DNA of 64,000 nucleotides from Smithellaceae bacterium (GCA_963667845.2 CAXXVL010000002.1:2592001-2656000); one strand, 5' to 3'. Shown: positions 1-10,143, numbered from the stretch's first letter. Numbers and translations are program-made. The notes: generated from the sequence alone by a model not told the origin.

Positions 1-4
1 TGGA

Positions 5-1813
5 TCAGGATGATTTCATCCTGGTGTCTTCGACCGGGTAGATGTTTTGGGCGATCTCCTCAGTCAGATAGGCCCGCAACGCTTCCGGGGTAATGCCCAT
101 CGCTTCCGCCTGGATGTGGCCATAGCTTTTTTCCTTGGCATTCCTTAAAATCCTGTAGGTCGTTTCAATGCCGGCGCCATTTTGTTTCACTTCAGCGCCG
201 AGGCTGACAGCTCCCGGCAGTTCGCCCGCTTCGACCATATCGGCAATCTCGTGCTTGTGTGTCGTAAAATAAGCCGTCACGCCTTTTTGACTTAAATACT
301 CCAGGACGATCTTCGTTCTTTTGACCGACTCCTCGTGATCGGTTCCATTGGCAAATTCGTCGAAAAAAACCACGGAATAAGGAGTCATCCTGGGTTGTCC
401 GGCCGATGGCCGGGAAAACTGCGACATTCTTTTGAGCTCCGTCAGATATAATCCCGTGCCTTCCGCCGTGTTATCTTCGGTGTTGAAGGATGTGAAGATC
501 GCATCGATGAGGCTCAATTCGGCACTCTGGCAGGGCAGCCCCATACCCAGATGCGCGAGCCAATACATCTGTCCTACCTGTCTGATGTAGGTCGTTTTCC
601 CGCCGTTATTGGGTCCGGTGATAACGAACAGATTATGATCCCTGTCCGATGCGATATCGTTGCGGATGATCGGATCATGCGCCTGTCTTTTCATCAGCGA
701 CGTATTGCAGGAACCGGAAATGGAAGTTCGGATTTCCCTTTTCTCCAGGATGGCAGGTGTTGTCACCGTAAAACCATCCGCCGTCCATTTCCTCTGCACG
801 GCCGCGGCTCCGAGATAGAAACCCAGCTCCGGCGACAGATCGCCAATCTCCAGTTTCGGAATCCGCGAGTAAATAGCTTCGTTGACCAGCGATAGCCAGT
901 ATTCGATCAAATCCCCGTATCGCCTGCGTTCATCTTTTCCCCACTTTTCCAGTTTTATCCCGCTCAGATTAAAGCCGAACATTTCCTTGTGCCAGGTGTC
1001 CAGCCTGGATTTCATGGTCTGGAGCAGATGGAGCGCTCTGGCCTCATCATTGATGAATTGCCGGAAAGGCTCTTCCGTGAGCATTTTCTCGGTGGCTTCA
1101 ATAAGGACGCGATTGCCCCGGTAAAATTCCCGTCTCGATCCCACGGAGCTGATGGAATTCAGGTAATGCATGTTGTCATCAATTGCGCCGCCCAATCCAT
1201 AAGGAAGATAGACCTCCCGTATAAATTTTTCGGCTTCACGAAATTTATCATCAGCGTCGAATCGGGCGCCCAAATCCTTGATGCGTTTCAGCCGCTTTGC
1301 AGTGGGTTCGCGCATGCTGCGGATGCTGAGGATGAACTGGGTGATATTGGATGCGTCCTGGAGAGCCTTGAGGCCATTGACGGTGCTGCCGAATCTGTCA
1401 TCATAAAGGCAGGTATCCAGGCCGGCTTTAACGGCCAGGATCTGATGCCATAATTCTTCGTCGCCCTGCAGTTCTGAAATAGCCTCCTGTCTTTCCAATA
1501 TCTCAGCGCGGTCGCTGACGGGATTGTGAAAGACGTCGTCGATGTATTCTTTGTCGCTCACCTTGCTTTTTTCATACTGCCGCGGAATTGCGGCAAAGAC
1601 CTGATCCAGAACGCCTCCGATGTCGAGGTCATGGAACGCCTCGCGATTGGATCGGACATACCGGCCGGCATTTTCTCCTGCCTGGTCAACGCCCCCCTGC
1701 TTTACGCAGGTCTCGCCCTTTTCCAGGGCATAAATATCCTGGCGGGGGCTGAACGCTTTGAGGTAGTCCACAATTCGATAGGCTGTTTTTTCCAATGCAA
1801 GTTTCAGGGTCAT
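5..1813 (-). CDS. MutS-family ATPase domain protein (domain V plus partial domain III; no mismatch-binding domain, no Smr)
   Basis: Walker A GPNNGGKTT, Walker B FFDEFANGT, FTTH and KSYG motifs typical of MutS domain V. Confidence 0.85.
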   Translation of the reverse strand: MTLKLALEKTAYRIVDYLKAFSPRQDIYALEKGETCVKQGGVDQAGENAGRYVRSNREAFHDLDIGGVLDQVFAAIPRQYEKSKVSDKEYIDDVFHNPVSDRAEILERQEAISELQGDEELWHQILAVKAGLDTCLYDDRFGSTVNGLKALQDASNITQFILSIRSMREPTAKRLKRIKDLGARFDADDKFREAEKFIREVYLPYGLGGAIDDNMHYLNSISSVGSRREFYRGNRVLIEATEKMLTEEPFRQFINDEARALHLLQTMKSRLDTWHKEMFGFNLSGIKLEKWGKDERRRYGDLIEYWLSLVNEAIYSRIPKLEIGDLSPELGFYLGAAAVQRKWTADGFTVTTPAILEKREIRTSISGSCNTSLMKRQAHDPIIRNDIASDRDHNLFVITGPNNGGKTTYIRQVGQMYWLAHLGMGLPCQSAELSLIDAIFTSFNTEDNTAEGTGLYLTELKRMSQFSRPSAGQPRMTPYSVVFFDEFANGTDHEESVKRTKIVLEYLSQKGVTAYFTTHKHEIADMVEAGELPGAVSLGAEVKQNGAGIETTYRILRNAKEKSYGHIQAEAMGITPEALRAYLTEEIAQNIYPVEDTRMKSS

Positions 1814-1903
1814 GATGCTTCACTCTTTAATTCCGCTGCTGCCGGACGAGAATTATTAACAGTTCAAAAAAAGTAACGACATTTGATCAGATTAAAATAT
1901 CAT

Positions 1904-1986
1904 CGTCACCCCGGCGAATAACCTAAAGGTCACGAGTGCCGGGGTCCAGTTAAATAAGGCTGGATTCCCGCCTTCGCGGGAATGAC
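1904..1986. repeat. REP-like palindromic element (GTCA..CCGGCG..GCCGGGGTCCAG / CTGGATTCCCGCCTTCGCGGGAATGAC)
   Basis: Two inverted GC-rich hairpins in an intergenic region. Confidence 0.7.
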
Positions 1987-2055
1987 CTATGTTGATACTA
2001 TTATGAAGCCATTAATATTCTCCGTAGCTTGCTGCTAGGGGGTTGAACAGGGATG

Positions 2056-2628
2056 CTATTTCACCAATTCAGCCCCCGAGGCGTAAGCTTTGTCCATAAT
2101 GGCTTGGCTGCCTTTTGCCGAATCCAGATTCGACATTCCTCCCGCAGCAATGCGGCCCTCAACCTTGAAGCCCAGGAAAGCGAGGACACCTTCATGGAGA
2201 TCAAAAGACGAAGCAAACAAGCTGGTTTCCGGCTGTCCCTGCGAATAGACGGTTATGGCTTTCTTCCCTCTGATCTTGTTTCGAAACGCTCCCGGCTGGC
2301 CGTCCTTGAGATACAGCAGGGCAAAAAGCCGGTCGATAAACGTCTTTGTTTGACCGGTTACCTGGAGCATGAAGACCGGTGTCCCGATCACGACGGCATC
2401 GGCGCTCACGATTTCATCATAAAGCGGCGTCATGCCGTCGACTTGGACGCACTTTCCTTCCGGAGTCTGGCATTTGTAGCAGGCCTGACATCCGCGGATG
2501 TTCAGCTCATTGAGATTAAATATTTTGGTTTCCGCACCGGCTTCGGATGCGCCCCGCAAGACTTCATTGACGATTGTGGTCGTATTACCCTTCTTTCGGG
2601 GGCTTCCGACAAATCCAACAACTTTCAT
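2056..2628 (-). CDS. Iron-sulfur flavoprotein / NADPH-dependent FMN reductase (flavodoxin-like)
   Basis: GSPRKKGNT FMN-binding loop, CQACYKC...C cluster motif, GTPVF. Confidence 0.9.
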   Translation of the reverse strand: MKVVGFVGSPRKKGNTTTIVNEVLRGASEAGAETKIFNLNELNIRGCQACYKCQTPEGKCVQVDGMTPLYDEIVSADAVVIGTPVFMLQVTGQTKTFIDRLFALLYLKDGQPGAFRNKIRGKKAITVYSQGQPETSLFASSFDLHEGVLAFLGFKVEGRIAAGGMSNLDSAKGSQAIMDKAYASGAELVK

Positions 2629-3728
2629 TATTTTTCTCCTTTTTTCATTTTAGCTGCGGCTTGTTTTTTGATGAGCTCCCGGAAACTTTTGGGAGGTTCG
2701 ACAAAATCGGCGCGTGACGCGAGGCTTAAAGCCTCCGTAGGGCAGTGGTAAACGCAAACACCGCATCCGATGCATCGCTCGAGTTTTACCTGAGCGATGT
2801 TATCCTCAATCGTAATGGCGTCCATCTGGCATCTGTCCACGCATTCTTCACAGCCGGTGCAGGCCTCCGCATCAACGACCGCTTCAAAATTGCTGGAGAC
2901 GCTTCGGACGGGGTCGCCGAAGCGATAGACGCCCTGCAGAATCCCGCAGCAGCAGGTGCAGCAGTTGCAGATAAAGTCGATGCGTTCCTGCGTGTTGCTG
3001 GAGGTATGGATCAGGCCGGCCTCGGCGCTCTTTTTCAAAATCTCCAGGGCTTCTTCTTTGCTGATCTCGCGGCCAAACCCGCGTTCCTTGACGAATTCCG
3101 CGAAAGGTCCGAGCTGAAGACAGACTTCATCGGGATATTTGCAGCCCTTATCCAATAGTCGTTTTTCATGGCGGCAATAACAGATGGAAACGGTGATCGG
3201 TGAATTCTCTGCGATGTACTTGCTGGCAACTTCGAAGGGGAAAACATGGGTTGTCGCCGTCAGGGTCTTCTCGATCGGAATGACGCGCGCCATGTGGATC
3301 GCCGCCTCGTCGGCAAAAGGAGATTTGGCGTCTTTCTGCGGTACGCTGGCATGAAAATAGGCATCGAACAGCCGGGCCAGTTCTTTGGCGCGCTCGGTCA
3401 CTTCGCCTTTCATGAATTGCAGCTCGAAGATGCCGGGGACAAGCTGCAGGAGCTTGTACCATTTTTCACCGTCGCGTGTGCTGGAATAAATTAATCCCTT
3501 ATCGGCCATCTCGTCGAGCATCCGCGCCACATGAACTGCATCCAAACCGAGCCGGCCGGCCAGGTTGCCGGGAGATTCCGGAGCCATCGGCGAGAGGTTG
3601 ACCGCCAGGTGCGCCTCTTCCTGCGTGAAGAGGGACTTGAGTAATGCCTCGAGTTCCGGGCTTCTGCGGCTGCCATACCCGATGAGATTGAAAATATCCG
3701 CCAGTTGATCAAACAATTTATCTGCCAT
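2628..3728 (-). CDS. 4Fe-4S dicluster protein with N-terminal HTH-like region
   Basis: CYCR, ICNCCTCCC and two CxxCxxCxxxC ferredoxin motifs; start moved to MADKLF, which has an AAGGA RBS. Confidence 0.85.
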   Translation of the reverse strand: MADKLFDQLADIFNLIGYGSRRSPELEALLKSLFTQEEAHLAVNLSPMAPESPGNLAGRLGLDAVHVARMLDEMADKGLIYSSTRDGEKWYKLLQLVPGIFELQFMKGEVTERAKELARLFDAYFHASVPQKDAKSPFADEAAIHMARVIPIEKTLTATTHVFPFEVASKYIAENSPITVSICYCRHEKRLLDKGCKYPDEVCLQLGPFAEFVKERGFGREISKEEALEILKKSAEAGLIHTSSNTQERIDFICNCCTCCCGILQGVYRFGDPVRSVSSNFEAVVDAEACTGCEECVDRCQMDAITIEDNIAQVKLERCIGCGVCVYHCPTEALSLASRADFVEPPKSFRELIKKQAAAKMKKGEK

Positions 3729-3857
3729 GAAAATCCTTTCTTCAGTTACTTGCGTTTTCTTCCGTGTCAAATAGCTTCCACCCGGCAGGGCACGTACCAC
3801 TCGCGGGTGGCGAGAGTGGCACAAAGTTCACGAGTACCCGCTGCAATTACAGGCCCT

Positions 3858-6092
3858 CTATAACGCCTCAACTCTACAGGGCACGAACCGATGAATCGGC
3901 GTGCCGAACTGGTCGCGGTGCGTGTTCTTGGTCAGACGGTTCACATTGGCGCCGTACTTGACGCCGTTATACACGATGCCGAAGCCGTGCGGAATCACCA
4001 CATGTCCCTTGCGAGCGGTATCCGTGATTTCCAGTTCGATCTCTTCGCTGCCGGCTTCCGTTGTCACTTTAACCTGCTGACCATCTTTAAAATTCAGGGC
4101 TGCCGCATCGTCCGGATGCATGGCCAGCGTGCAGGCGCGTTTGCCTTCGTTCCAGGCGGGATCGCGCATGAGCGTGTTGGCGTTGGTAGAGATATGCCGG
4201 CCCGCCATCAGAATGAGCGGAAATTCGGAAGGCATGACCAGCGCCGCTTCTTCCTTGTTTGCATCGATGCTTTGCAGTTCATCCAGCAGCTCCGGTATGA
4301 GCAGGTTGATCTTGCCGTCCGGGGTTTTGATTTCTTCAAGATTCTTTTCCGGATCGACCTTTCCTACCCACAGGCCTTCAGGATGATCCATAATCTCTCG
4401 GAAGAGTTCTTCGCTAAACGTCGGACCCGCCTGAAAGCCCGCGCGGACGGCATTTTGGGAGAGCGATTTGGGGGCGGCGAGCAGCATTCCCCATAGCGCC
4501 GCGAGATGCACCGATCCCATCGCCTTGCCCAGGGTCTTTCCGAGAATAAACGGCATAGCTCTCATGGCTTTCGGTTCGGTCATGGCGTATTCCATCAGGG
4601 CCTTGGCAAAGACTTCATGGCTCTCGAAGGCCGCCTGGTATAGACTTTCGGGAATAGGCGGAATCAAGCCCAGTTTGTCGGCCAGGCGTAAATCGATTTC
4701 GCCCTGTTCGAGCTGTTCTCCGTCCGGGACGATAATCGGCCGGCGCATCTGGAAGTATATGCCGGGATAGGTCATCGGGAAGAAAGTGCCGTCCCACGAT
4801 TCATAGCCGGTGCGCGACGGCAGCACGTAGTGGGAGAGCGCGGCCGTCTCCGTCATGGCGAGTTCCGCCGTTACCAGCAGGTCCAGGCGCTGGAATGCTT
4901 TTTCATAGGCGGTGGTGTCGGCATAAGAGCGCAGGGGATTCAAGCCGCTCACGAAAACCGCCCGCAGCCTCTCGGGATGATCGGAGAGAATTTCTTCCGG
5001 CATGACATTGGGCGGGAAGATGCCGCAAACCGGGAAGGAATTGGTCGTCATCGTGCTCCAGACTTTGGGGTCCCGTTCATCCGAATGCGATCCGATAGGC
5101 ATCATATGCCCCGGGATAATATTGCCGCCCGGAACGCAAAGCCTTCCACAGATCGACTGAAGGATGACGATCAGATAAGAGTTCAAGCCACTGTGGCGCC
5201 CCATGAAAATTCCCAGATCGTAGCGCAGGGATGATTTGCGTGTGGCATAGAGCTTCGCGACTTCGCGGACCTGGTCAAAATTCAACTCACACGTTTTCAG
5301 GGCGGAGCGAACATCGAAATTTTCAAAATAGGATTTCACCTGATCAAAACCGGATGTATGATTTTGCAGGTAGGATTTGTTTTCCCAGCCCTCTTTAAGA
5401 ATGATGGCAATCATCGCTTTGAGCAGCAGGGCATCCGTGCCGGGACGGATCTGCAAGTGAATATCGGCAAGCTTTGCGGTTTCCGACACGCGCGGATCAA
5501 CCACGATCAGCATCTTGTCCTTGTCTTTGGACAGCCGCTGGAGCTGGCGCGGGGCCTGGGGAATCTGATGGCTCTGCATGCCGTTCCAGCCGAGTATCAG
5601 CAGAACATCCGTATTGTTCGTGTCCGGTCCGTCATGCAGGTATTGCTTGCCGTGCGTCCGGCCGCACACCCAGAAGGCGCCCGCAAATTCCTGGGCGAGC
5701 GCGCTGTATTGATACTGAGAACCGAGTCCCCGCATCAGGCGCGCGCCGAAAGCCGCTTCAAAATGACAGCCCTGTCCGCCGCCGCCCATGTAAGCAAAGG
5801 AGCGCGGGCCGTGTTCATCAATAATGCCCTTCAGTTTAGCCGCGATTTCATCGATGGCCTGATCCCAGGAAATCCTTTCGAATTTATCGCCGACTTTTTT
5901 CAGGGGGTATTTCAGGCGGTCGGCGTTGTGCTGGTGATGGGCGACATTTAATCCCTTGCGGCAGATGTAGCCTTCGCTCTTGGCGTTTAGCTTGTCCGCT
6001 TTTACTTTGACGATGCGGTTATTCTCCACCTCGACTTCCAGACCGCAGTTTTGCGCGCAGAGGACACAGCCGGTTTTATGAATCGTTCCCAT
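3858..6092 (-). CDS. Molybdopterin-dependent oxidoreductase (DMSO reductase superfamily)
   Basis: N-terminal CVLCAQNCG...ICRKG FeS motif, RLKYPL..ISWDQAIDEIA, C-terminal MHPDDA molybdopterin dinucleotide-binding domain; start MGTIHK with AGGAG RBS. Confidence 0.9.
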   Translation of the reverse strand: MGTIHKTGCVLCAQNCGLEVEVENNRIVKVKADKLNAKSEGYICRKGLNVAHHQHNADRLKYPLKKVGDKFERISWDQAIDEIAAKLKGIIDEHGPRSFAYMGGGGQGCHFEAAFGARLMRGLGSQYQYSALAQEFAGAFWVCGRTHGKQYLHDGPDTNNTDVLLILGWNGMQSHQIPQAPRQLQRLSKDKDKMLIVVDPRVSETAKLADIHLQIRPGTDALLLKAMIAIILKEGWENKSYLQNHTSGFDQVKSYFENFDVRSALKTCELNFDQVREVAKLYATRKSSLRYDLGIFMGRHSGLNSYLIVILQSICGRLCVPGGNIIPGHMMPIGSHSDERDPKVWSTMTTNSFPVCGIFPPNVMPEEILSDHPERLRAVFVSGLNPLRSYADTTAYEKAFQRLDLLVTAELAMTETAALSHYVLPSRTGYESWDGTFFPMTYPGIYFQMRRPIIVPDGEQLEQGEIDLRLADKLGLIPPIPESLYQAAFESHEVFAKALMEYAMTEPKAMRAMPFILGKTLGKAMGSVHLAALWGMLLAAPKSLSQNAVRAGFQAGPTFSEELFREIMDHPEGLWVGKVDPEKNLEEIKTPDGKINLLIPELLDELQSIDANKEEAALVMPSEFPLILMAGRHISTNANTLMRDPAWNEGKRACTLAMHPDDAAALNFKDGQQVKVTTEAGSEEIELEITDTARKGHVVIPHGFGIVYNGVKYGANVNRLTKNTHRDQFGTPIHRFVPCRVEAL

Positions 6093-6141
6093 AGTTGCTC
6101 CTTTTCTCCGGCCACTCCCGCCGGATGTCGTTATTGCGTTC

Positions 6142-6567
6142 TTAAGCGTGCGGGACGGAAAGACGCAGGGTTTGAATGATGCCGTGCAGATCACGCCTTT
6201 GTTCTTCGGTTAAAACCTGCAGAAACTCGATATTGGCGGCGGCGATGACCCGGGTAGCTTCTCCGGCCATGGCCTTGCCTTTTTTCGTCAGGTGAATGCT
6301 GATGGAGCGGCGATCGTCGGGATTGCCCTTGCGTTCGATGAATCCCGCGGTTTCCAGGCGGTCCAGGATGCCTGTGAGGGTCGCGCTGTCCAGTTCCGCT
6401 CTTTTGCCCAGTTCAGAAGAAGAGATCTGATCTTCCTGGTCGAGAAAACCCAGGATCATGGCCTGGACGGAGGTGAGGTTGAGTTCGGAAACCTTCTGAG
6501 AAAGAAAACGGCTGGAGAGCTGATAGGTCTTGGCAAACTGAAAGAAGATACAATCTGTTTCCTGCAT
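6142..6567 (-). CDS. MarR family transcriptional regulator
   Basis: LDRLETAGFIER..DDRRS..LTKKG winged-helix signature. Confidence 0.92.
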   Translation of the reverse strand: MQETDCIFFQFAKTYQLSSRFLSQKVSELNLTSVQAMILGFLDQEDQISSSELGKRAELDSATLTGILDRLETAGFIERKGNPDDRRSISIHLTKKGKAMAGEATRVIAAANIEFLQVLTEEQRRDLHGIIQTLRLSVPHA

Positions 6568-6606
6568 AAGAAGTGAAACTCCTTGTATGCGATTTACTTG
6601 TGTGCG

Positions 6607-6635
6607 AGCGTAATGGATTGCTAAATGTTTGTCAA
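6607..6635 (-). promoter_or_regulatory. Putative sigma70 promoter of the marR operon
   Basis: TTGACA-N17-TACGCT on the minus strand upstream of marR. Confidence 0.5.
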
Positions 6636-6921
6636 TGGATTTTCAAGCGGCGTTTTTCACCAGCAGTTCAGGCAAGTTGACTGCGATACAATTGCCGATT
6701 CCGGAGCTGTTGCCGGCGATGGGTGTCGGGAATAAAATACTAAGACCATGATATGCGCACGGCGTTAAAGGCGATTCCTGTTAAGTACATAATATAATAG
6801 ATAATGTGTCCTGATGCGACGTATACAAAATTCAACGTTGGCCGTGCTTAAGATTAGAGGCAGAGCCTGTCACTTGTTGATGTGGTATTTGATTACGGTG
6901 CTTTCGCGATCGCGGGGGCGA

Positions 6922-6993
6922 TTACACACTGCATCTGAAGAATGAAATTACAAAGGCTGTCATCATCGCTGCAAGCAAAATAATTTTAATCAT
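6922..6993 (-). CDS. Putative small hydrophobic protein, 23 aa (MIKIILLAAMMTAFVISFFRCSV)
   Basis: AAGGAG RBS just upstream of the ATG, and TTGACA-N18-TACAGT promoter at about 7049-7078; below the ORF-track cutoff. Confidence 0.5.
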   Translation of the reverse strand: MIKIILLAAMMTAFVISFFRCSV

Positions 6994-7354
6994 AAATCCA
7001 CTCCTTTGTTTATTTGATTTTGGGGCAGAATGTCTGTTCGTTAAATGAACTGTAACAAAAACCGGTTGAGCATGTCAAGGCTATATCGGCGGATCGGCGG
7101 TTGTCAGGCGTATGTCGAAAACGCTTTTTATGGGCAATAATTCCTGCGCCGGAAGAGGCAGGAAACGGTCGACGTCCAAACAAGGAAAGTCAAAATAGGA
7201 CCAAGACGCCGCTCATCCTATTCGATGGGTTATCCGACCGGCGTACCGGCATCGATGCTCCTGTCATTTTACTTCGGGCTTGATTCACAGATCTGACCAC
7301 CGGGCACCGTCTTCAGGATGCCCCACATGAATGGCCTAAAGCGCGGACCTTCAC

Positions 7355-8167
7355 TCACGGTTTCATCTTCCTCATCATGTTTGCCACGGTCAGCTCCAGC
7401 GTGAGTTCCCGGCCGATGGCCATGTTGGGCGCGAAATTGCGGATGAAGTCAATTTCTTCATCTGTCGGATGCGGCGTCTCGGACAGGTCGTCGGCGATTT
7501 TCAGATCCCAGGGCACACCCTTTTGGACATCTTTCACTTTTACTTTCGGGTGGATCTGGGCGAGATAAATTTCCCTGCTGACGGGGTCAAACCGGAAAAT
7601 GCCCTTGGTGGTGAGGACCATGGACGGCCCCGATCCTTTCGGAAAAAGACCGGATTTTTCCCGGCTGTCGCCGCCTCGCAGATAGCCGGGCGACGTCATG
7701 TAGTCCAGCGTGTTGACAAAATTGCCGCCCAGCATCGTGAAGACCGTGCGTTTTGCGTAAGACAGAAAATCAGCGGCGCCGCCGGAGCCCGGCAAGCGCA
7801 GGGTTGGTTTGTAATAATCGCCGATAACCGTCGTATTGACATTGCCGAACTTGTCGATCTGCCCCACACCCAGAAAGCACACATCGACAAAGCCGCGATA
7901 CGTCATCGTAAAAGCAGAGTATAAATCCGTTGCATAAGAGAAGCCACGGCAGGCATTGGCGTCCGCAATGTGGTTCAGCGGAAGAAGAGGCTTGAAGTCG
8001 ATAATGCCCGATTCCATCATCAGCGTCGCGTGCGGTGCATAGAGGGCCTTGGCCAGCGCGCCCGCGGCTGTCGGCAGTCCCACGCCCAGAATTACATTTT
8101 CATGATCATGGATTTCCTTGGCGACGGCGATGATCAGCAGTTCCTGAAGGGTATAGGGTTTAGTCAT
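7355..8167 (-). CDS. CoA-transferase beta subunit (glutaconate CoA-transferase GctB-like)
   Basis: MESG catalytic Glu, GQIDKFGNVN, RLPGSGGA. Confidence 0.88.
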   Translation of the reverse strand: MTKPYTLQELLIIAVAKEIHDHENVILGVGLPTAAGALAKALYAPHATLMMESGIIDFKPLLPLNHIADANACRGFSYATDLYSAFTMTYRGFVDVCFLGVGQIDKFGNVNTTVIGDYYKPTLRLPGSGGAADFLSYAKRTVFTMLGGNFVNTLDYMTSPGYLRGGDSREKSGLFPKGSGPSMVLTTKGIFRFDPVSREIYLAQIHPKVKVKDVQKGVPWDLKIADDLSETPHPTDEEIDFIRNFAPNMAIGRELTLELTVANMMRKMKP

Positions 8168-9206
8168 AGTATTTGCCTCTTTCCTGCAAAATCGCTTCTA
8201 TCTCCGGCCGGGTGAGTCCCATGAAGATTTCACGGCCCTCGCGATCCCAGCGGGAGGTAAAAGCCGCGCCGTAATTGGCCGGAGCGGAATAAAACGCTTT
8301 AGCCTTGATGTTGTTGAGAACGGCACTGCCGAATTTGCCGATATAGCGGTCGATATACGCCGCCCGGTTTTCACAGCCCAGGACCCATTCGTCTATCCAG
8401 GCGGTGAGGCCTTTCGCCGTCGAATCGGCCTTTATAAACAGGCCGTACATGGACGCGTCACGGTCATAATAACCCAGCACTTCCGTGGGGTGGGCTCCCC
8501 ACGGTACTTCCACCACGGCATCCACGCGGTAGGCGGGGAGGATCGTCAGATTCGGGCTGGATTGAATGATGTCGTGCTCGACGATTTCCTCGCAGGACAC
8601 GATGATCCGGCGGCTGGCCAGCGCCGCCGCGGCTACGCTGCCGAGCGCGCCCCAGTACTGAGCGTTGCCGAATTTGTCGGCGCGCTGCACGTGAACAATG
8701 CAGACGTCGGGATTGGCCGCGGGAACGGTCAGGAGCGTTTTGCCGGTGTACGGGCAGGTGATGACGCGGAATTTGTCTTCGCCCAGGAAGCTTCTTTTGC
8801 GGAAGAGGTCGGTTTCGATTACGCCTTCCAGCACCTGGGTAAACGTCAGGCCATGCATGCCGGCGACGAGTCGTGCGTTGTAGTCGAAGTTGGTGTAATC
8901 CTCCATCTGAAGCGTTCCTTTATTTAGCGCCCGCTCGACGGCGGAGCCGCCTTTTCGGCCGCCCGCGCGCATGACGTAAGTCGTTACGAGCTTCTCCACA
9001 CATCCCGCGCCGACCAGGACTTCGACGTCAAAGATGCCGGATTGAGAATAGAGCGTGAAGCCCTTCCGCTGCTGCCGGACCACCTCATATACCAGTTCGG
9101 CGCAGCTGCCGACGGTGTAGTTCCCGATGACGAGTTGATCCCCGTCATGGACAAACCGGGAGACTGCCTCTTGCGCAGTCATAATTTTATTGCCTGTCTC
9201 CTCCAT
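8160..9206 (-). CDS. CoA-transferase alpha subunit (GctA-like)
   Basis: CPYTG, HVQRADKFGNAQ, VEVPWGAHP; overlaps the beta-subunit start. Confidence 0.88.
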   Translation of the reverse strand: MEETGNKIMTAQEAVSRFVHDGDQLVIGNYTVGSCAELVYEVVRQQRKGFTLYSQSGIFDVEVLVGAGCVEKLVTTYVMRAGGRKGGSAVERALNKGTLQMEDYTNFDYNARLVAGMHGLTFTQVLEGVIETDLFRKRSFLGEDKFRVITCPYTGKTLLTVPAANPDVCIVHVQRADKFGNAQYWGALGSVAAAALASRRIIVSCEEIVEHDIIQSSPNLTILPAYRVDAVVEVPWGAHPTEVLGYYDRDASMYGLFIKADSTAKGLTAWIDEWVLGCENRAAYIDRYIGKFGSAVLNNIKAKAFYSAPANYGAAFTSRWDREGREIFMGLTRPEIEAILQERGKYYD

Positions 9207-9222
9207 GCTTTTCTCCTCATGA

Positions 9223-10143
9223 TTATAGTTTAAGGGACAATTGCCGTTCGATCGGAAAACGGGAGCGCAATTCGCTCAGGGTGGGAATGCCGCGACGGCC
9301 TCCTATTTGCGTGCTGACCAGGCTTGCCGCCCAGGCCGCGAGATCGAGGGACTTCTCGGCATTCCAGCCGTGCACGATGCCGTACGTGAGGCCGGCATGA
9401 AAGACGTCGCCGCAGCCGGTGGTGTCGATTGCCTCCACGGGGTAGGCCTCCCGATAGATGAAACGCCCGTCGATGAGGGCCAGATATCCCCTCGCGCCAA
9501 GTGTCACGCCCGCCAGGCGCACGCCCATGTCGGCAAGTTTCTGGCAGGTTTCCTGATGTGTTTCGGCAAAGGCATTGGAAAAAGTTTCCGAGGTCACAAA
9601 ACAATCGCTGCATCCGGCGATTTCCAGCATGCCTTCGCGCAGCGTTCCCGCATCCACAATGACGGGGATGCCCGCTTCCTTTGCCTTGCGGCAGGCAAAG
9701 ATGGACGCATCGGGAAACAGGCCGTCGACATGCAACGCCGAACTTTTCCGAAGAAGGTCTACATCGATTTCTTCAGGCTGCAGTGTCCGACCGGTTGGCC
9801 GCTGCCAGAAGATCGTCCGGCGGGCTCTCTGGGGTTCACTGATGACGAAGGCAAATTGGGAGATCTCCTTCGGCCGAGTCGTGAGGCCGCTCGTGTCGAT
9901 GTTTTCGTCCACAAGGGATGCGGCAATTTGCGCGCCGAAGCTGTCATCGCCTACGACGCCCGCCATGTGGCAGTCGAGCCCCCAGCGTTTGAGCGCAACC
10001 AGGGCCGTCGCCACGGGTCCGCCGCACTGGATCGTCAGATTGGAAAATTCACATTTCACATCCGGCAGCGGATAGGCGGAGATCAAACCGATATAATCGA
10101 GCGAACACTGACCGATACCGAAGACATGGGGCTTTTCGTTCAT
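9223..10143 (-). CDS. PfkB/ribokinase family carbohydrate kinase
   Basis: GGPVATA, GVVGDDSFG, DTTGCGDVF. Confidence 0.9.
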   Translation of the reverse strand: MNEKPHVFGIGQCSLDYIGLISAYPLPDVKCEFSNLTIQCGGPVATALVALKRWGLDCHMAGVVGDDSFGAQIAASLVDENIDTSGLTTRPKEISQFAFVISEPQRARRTIFWQRPTGRTLQPEEIDVDLLRKSSALHVDGLFPDASIFACRKAKEAGIPVIVDAGTLREGMLEIAGCSDCFVTSETFSNAFAETHQETCQKLADMGVRLAGVTLGARGYLALIDGRFIYREAYPVEAIDTTGCGDVFHAGLTYGIVHGWNAEKSLDLAAWAASLVSTQIGGRRGIPTLSELRSRFPIERQLSLKL

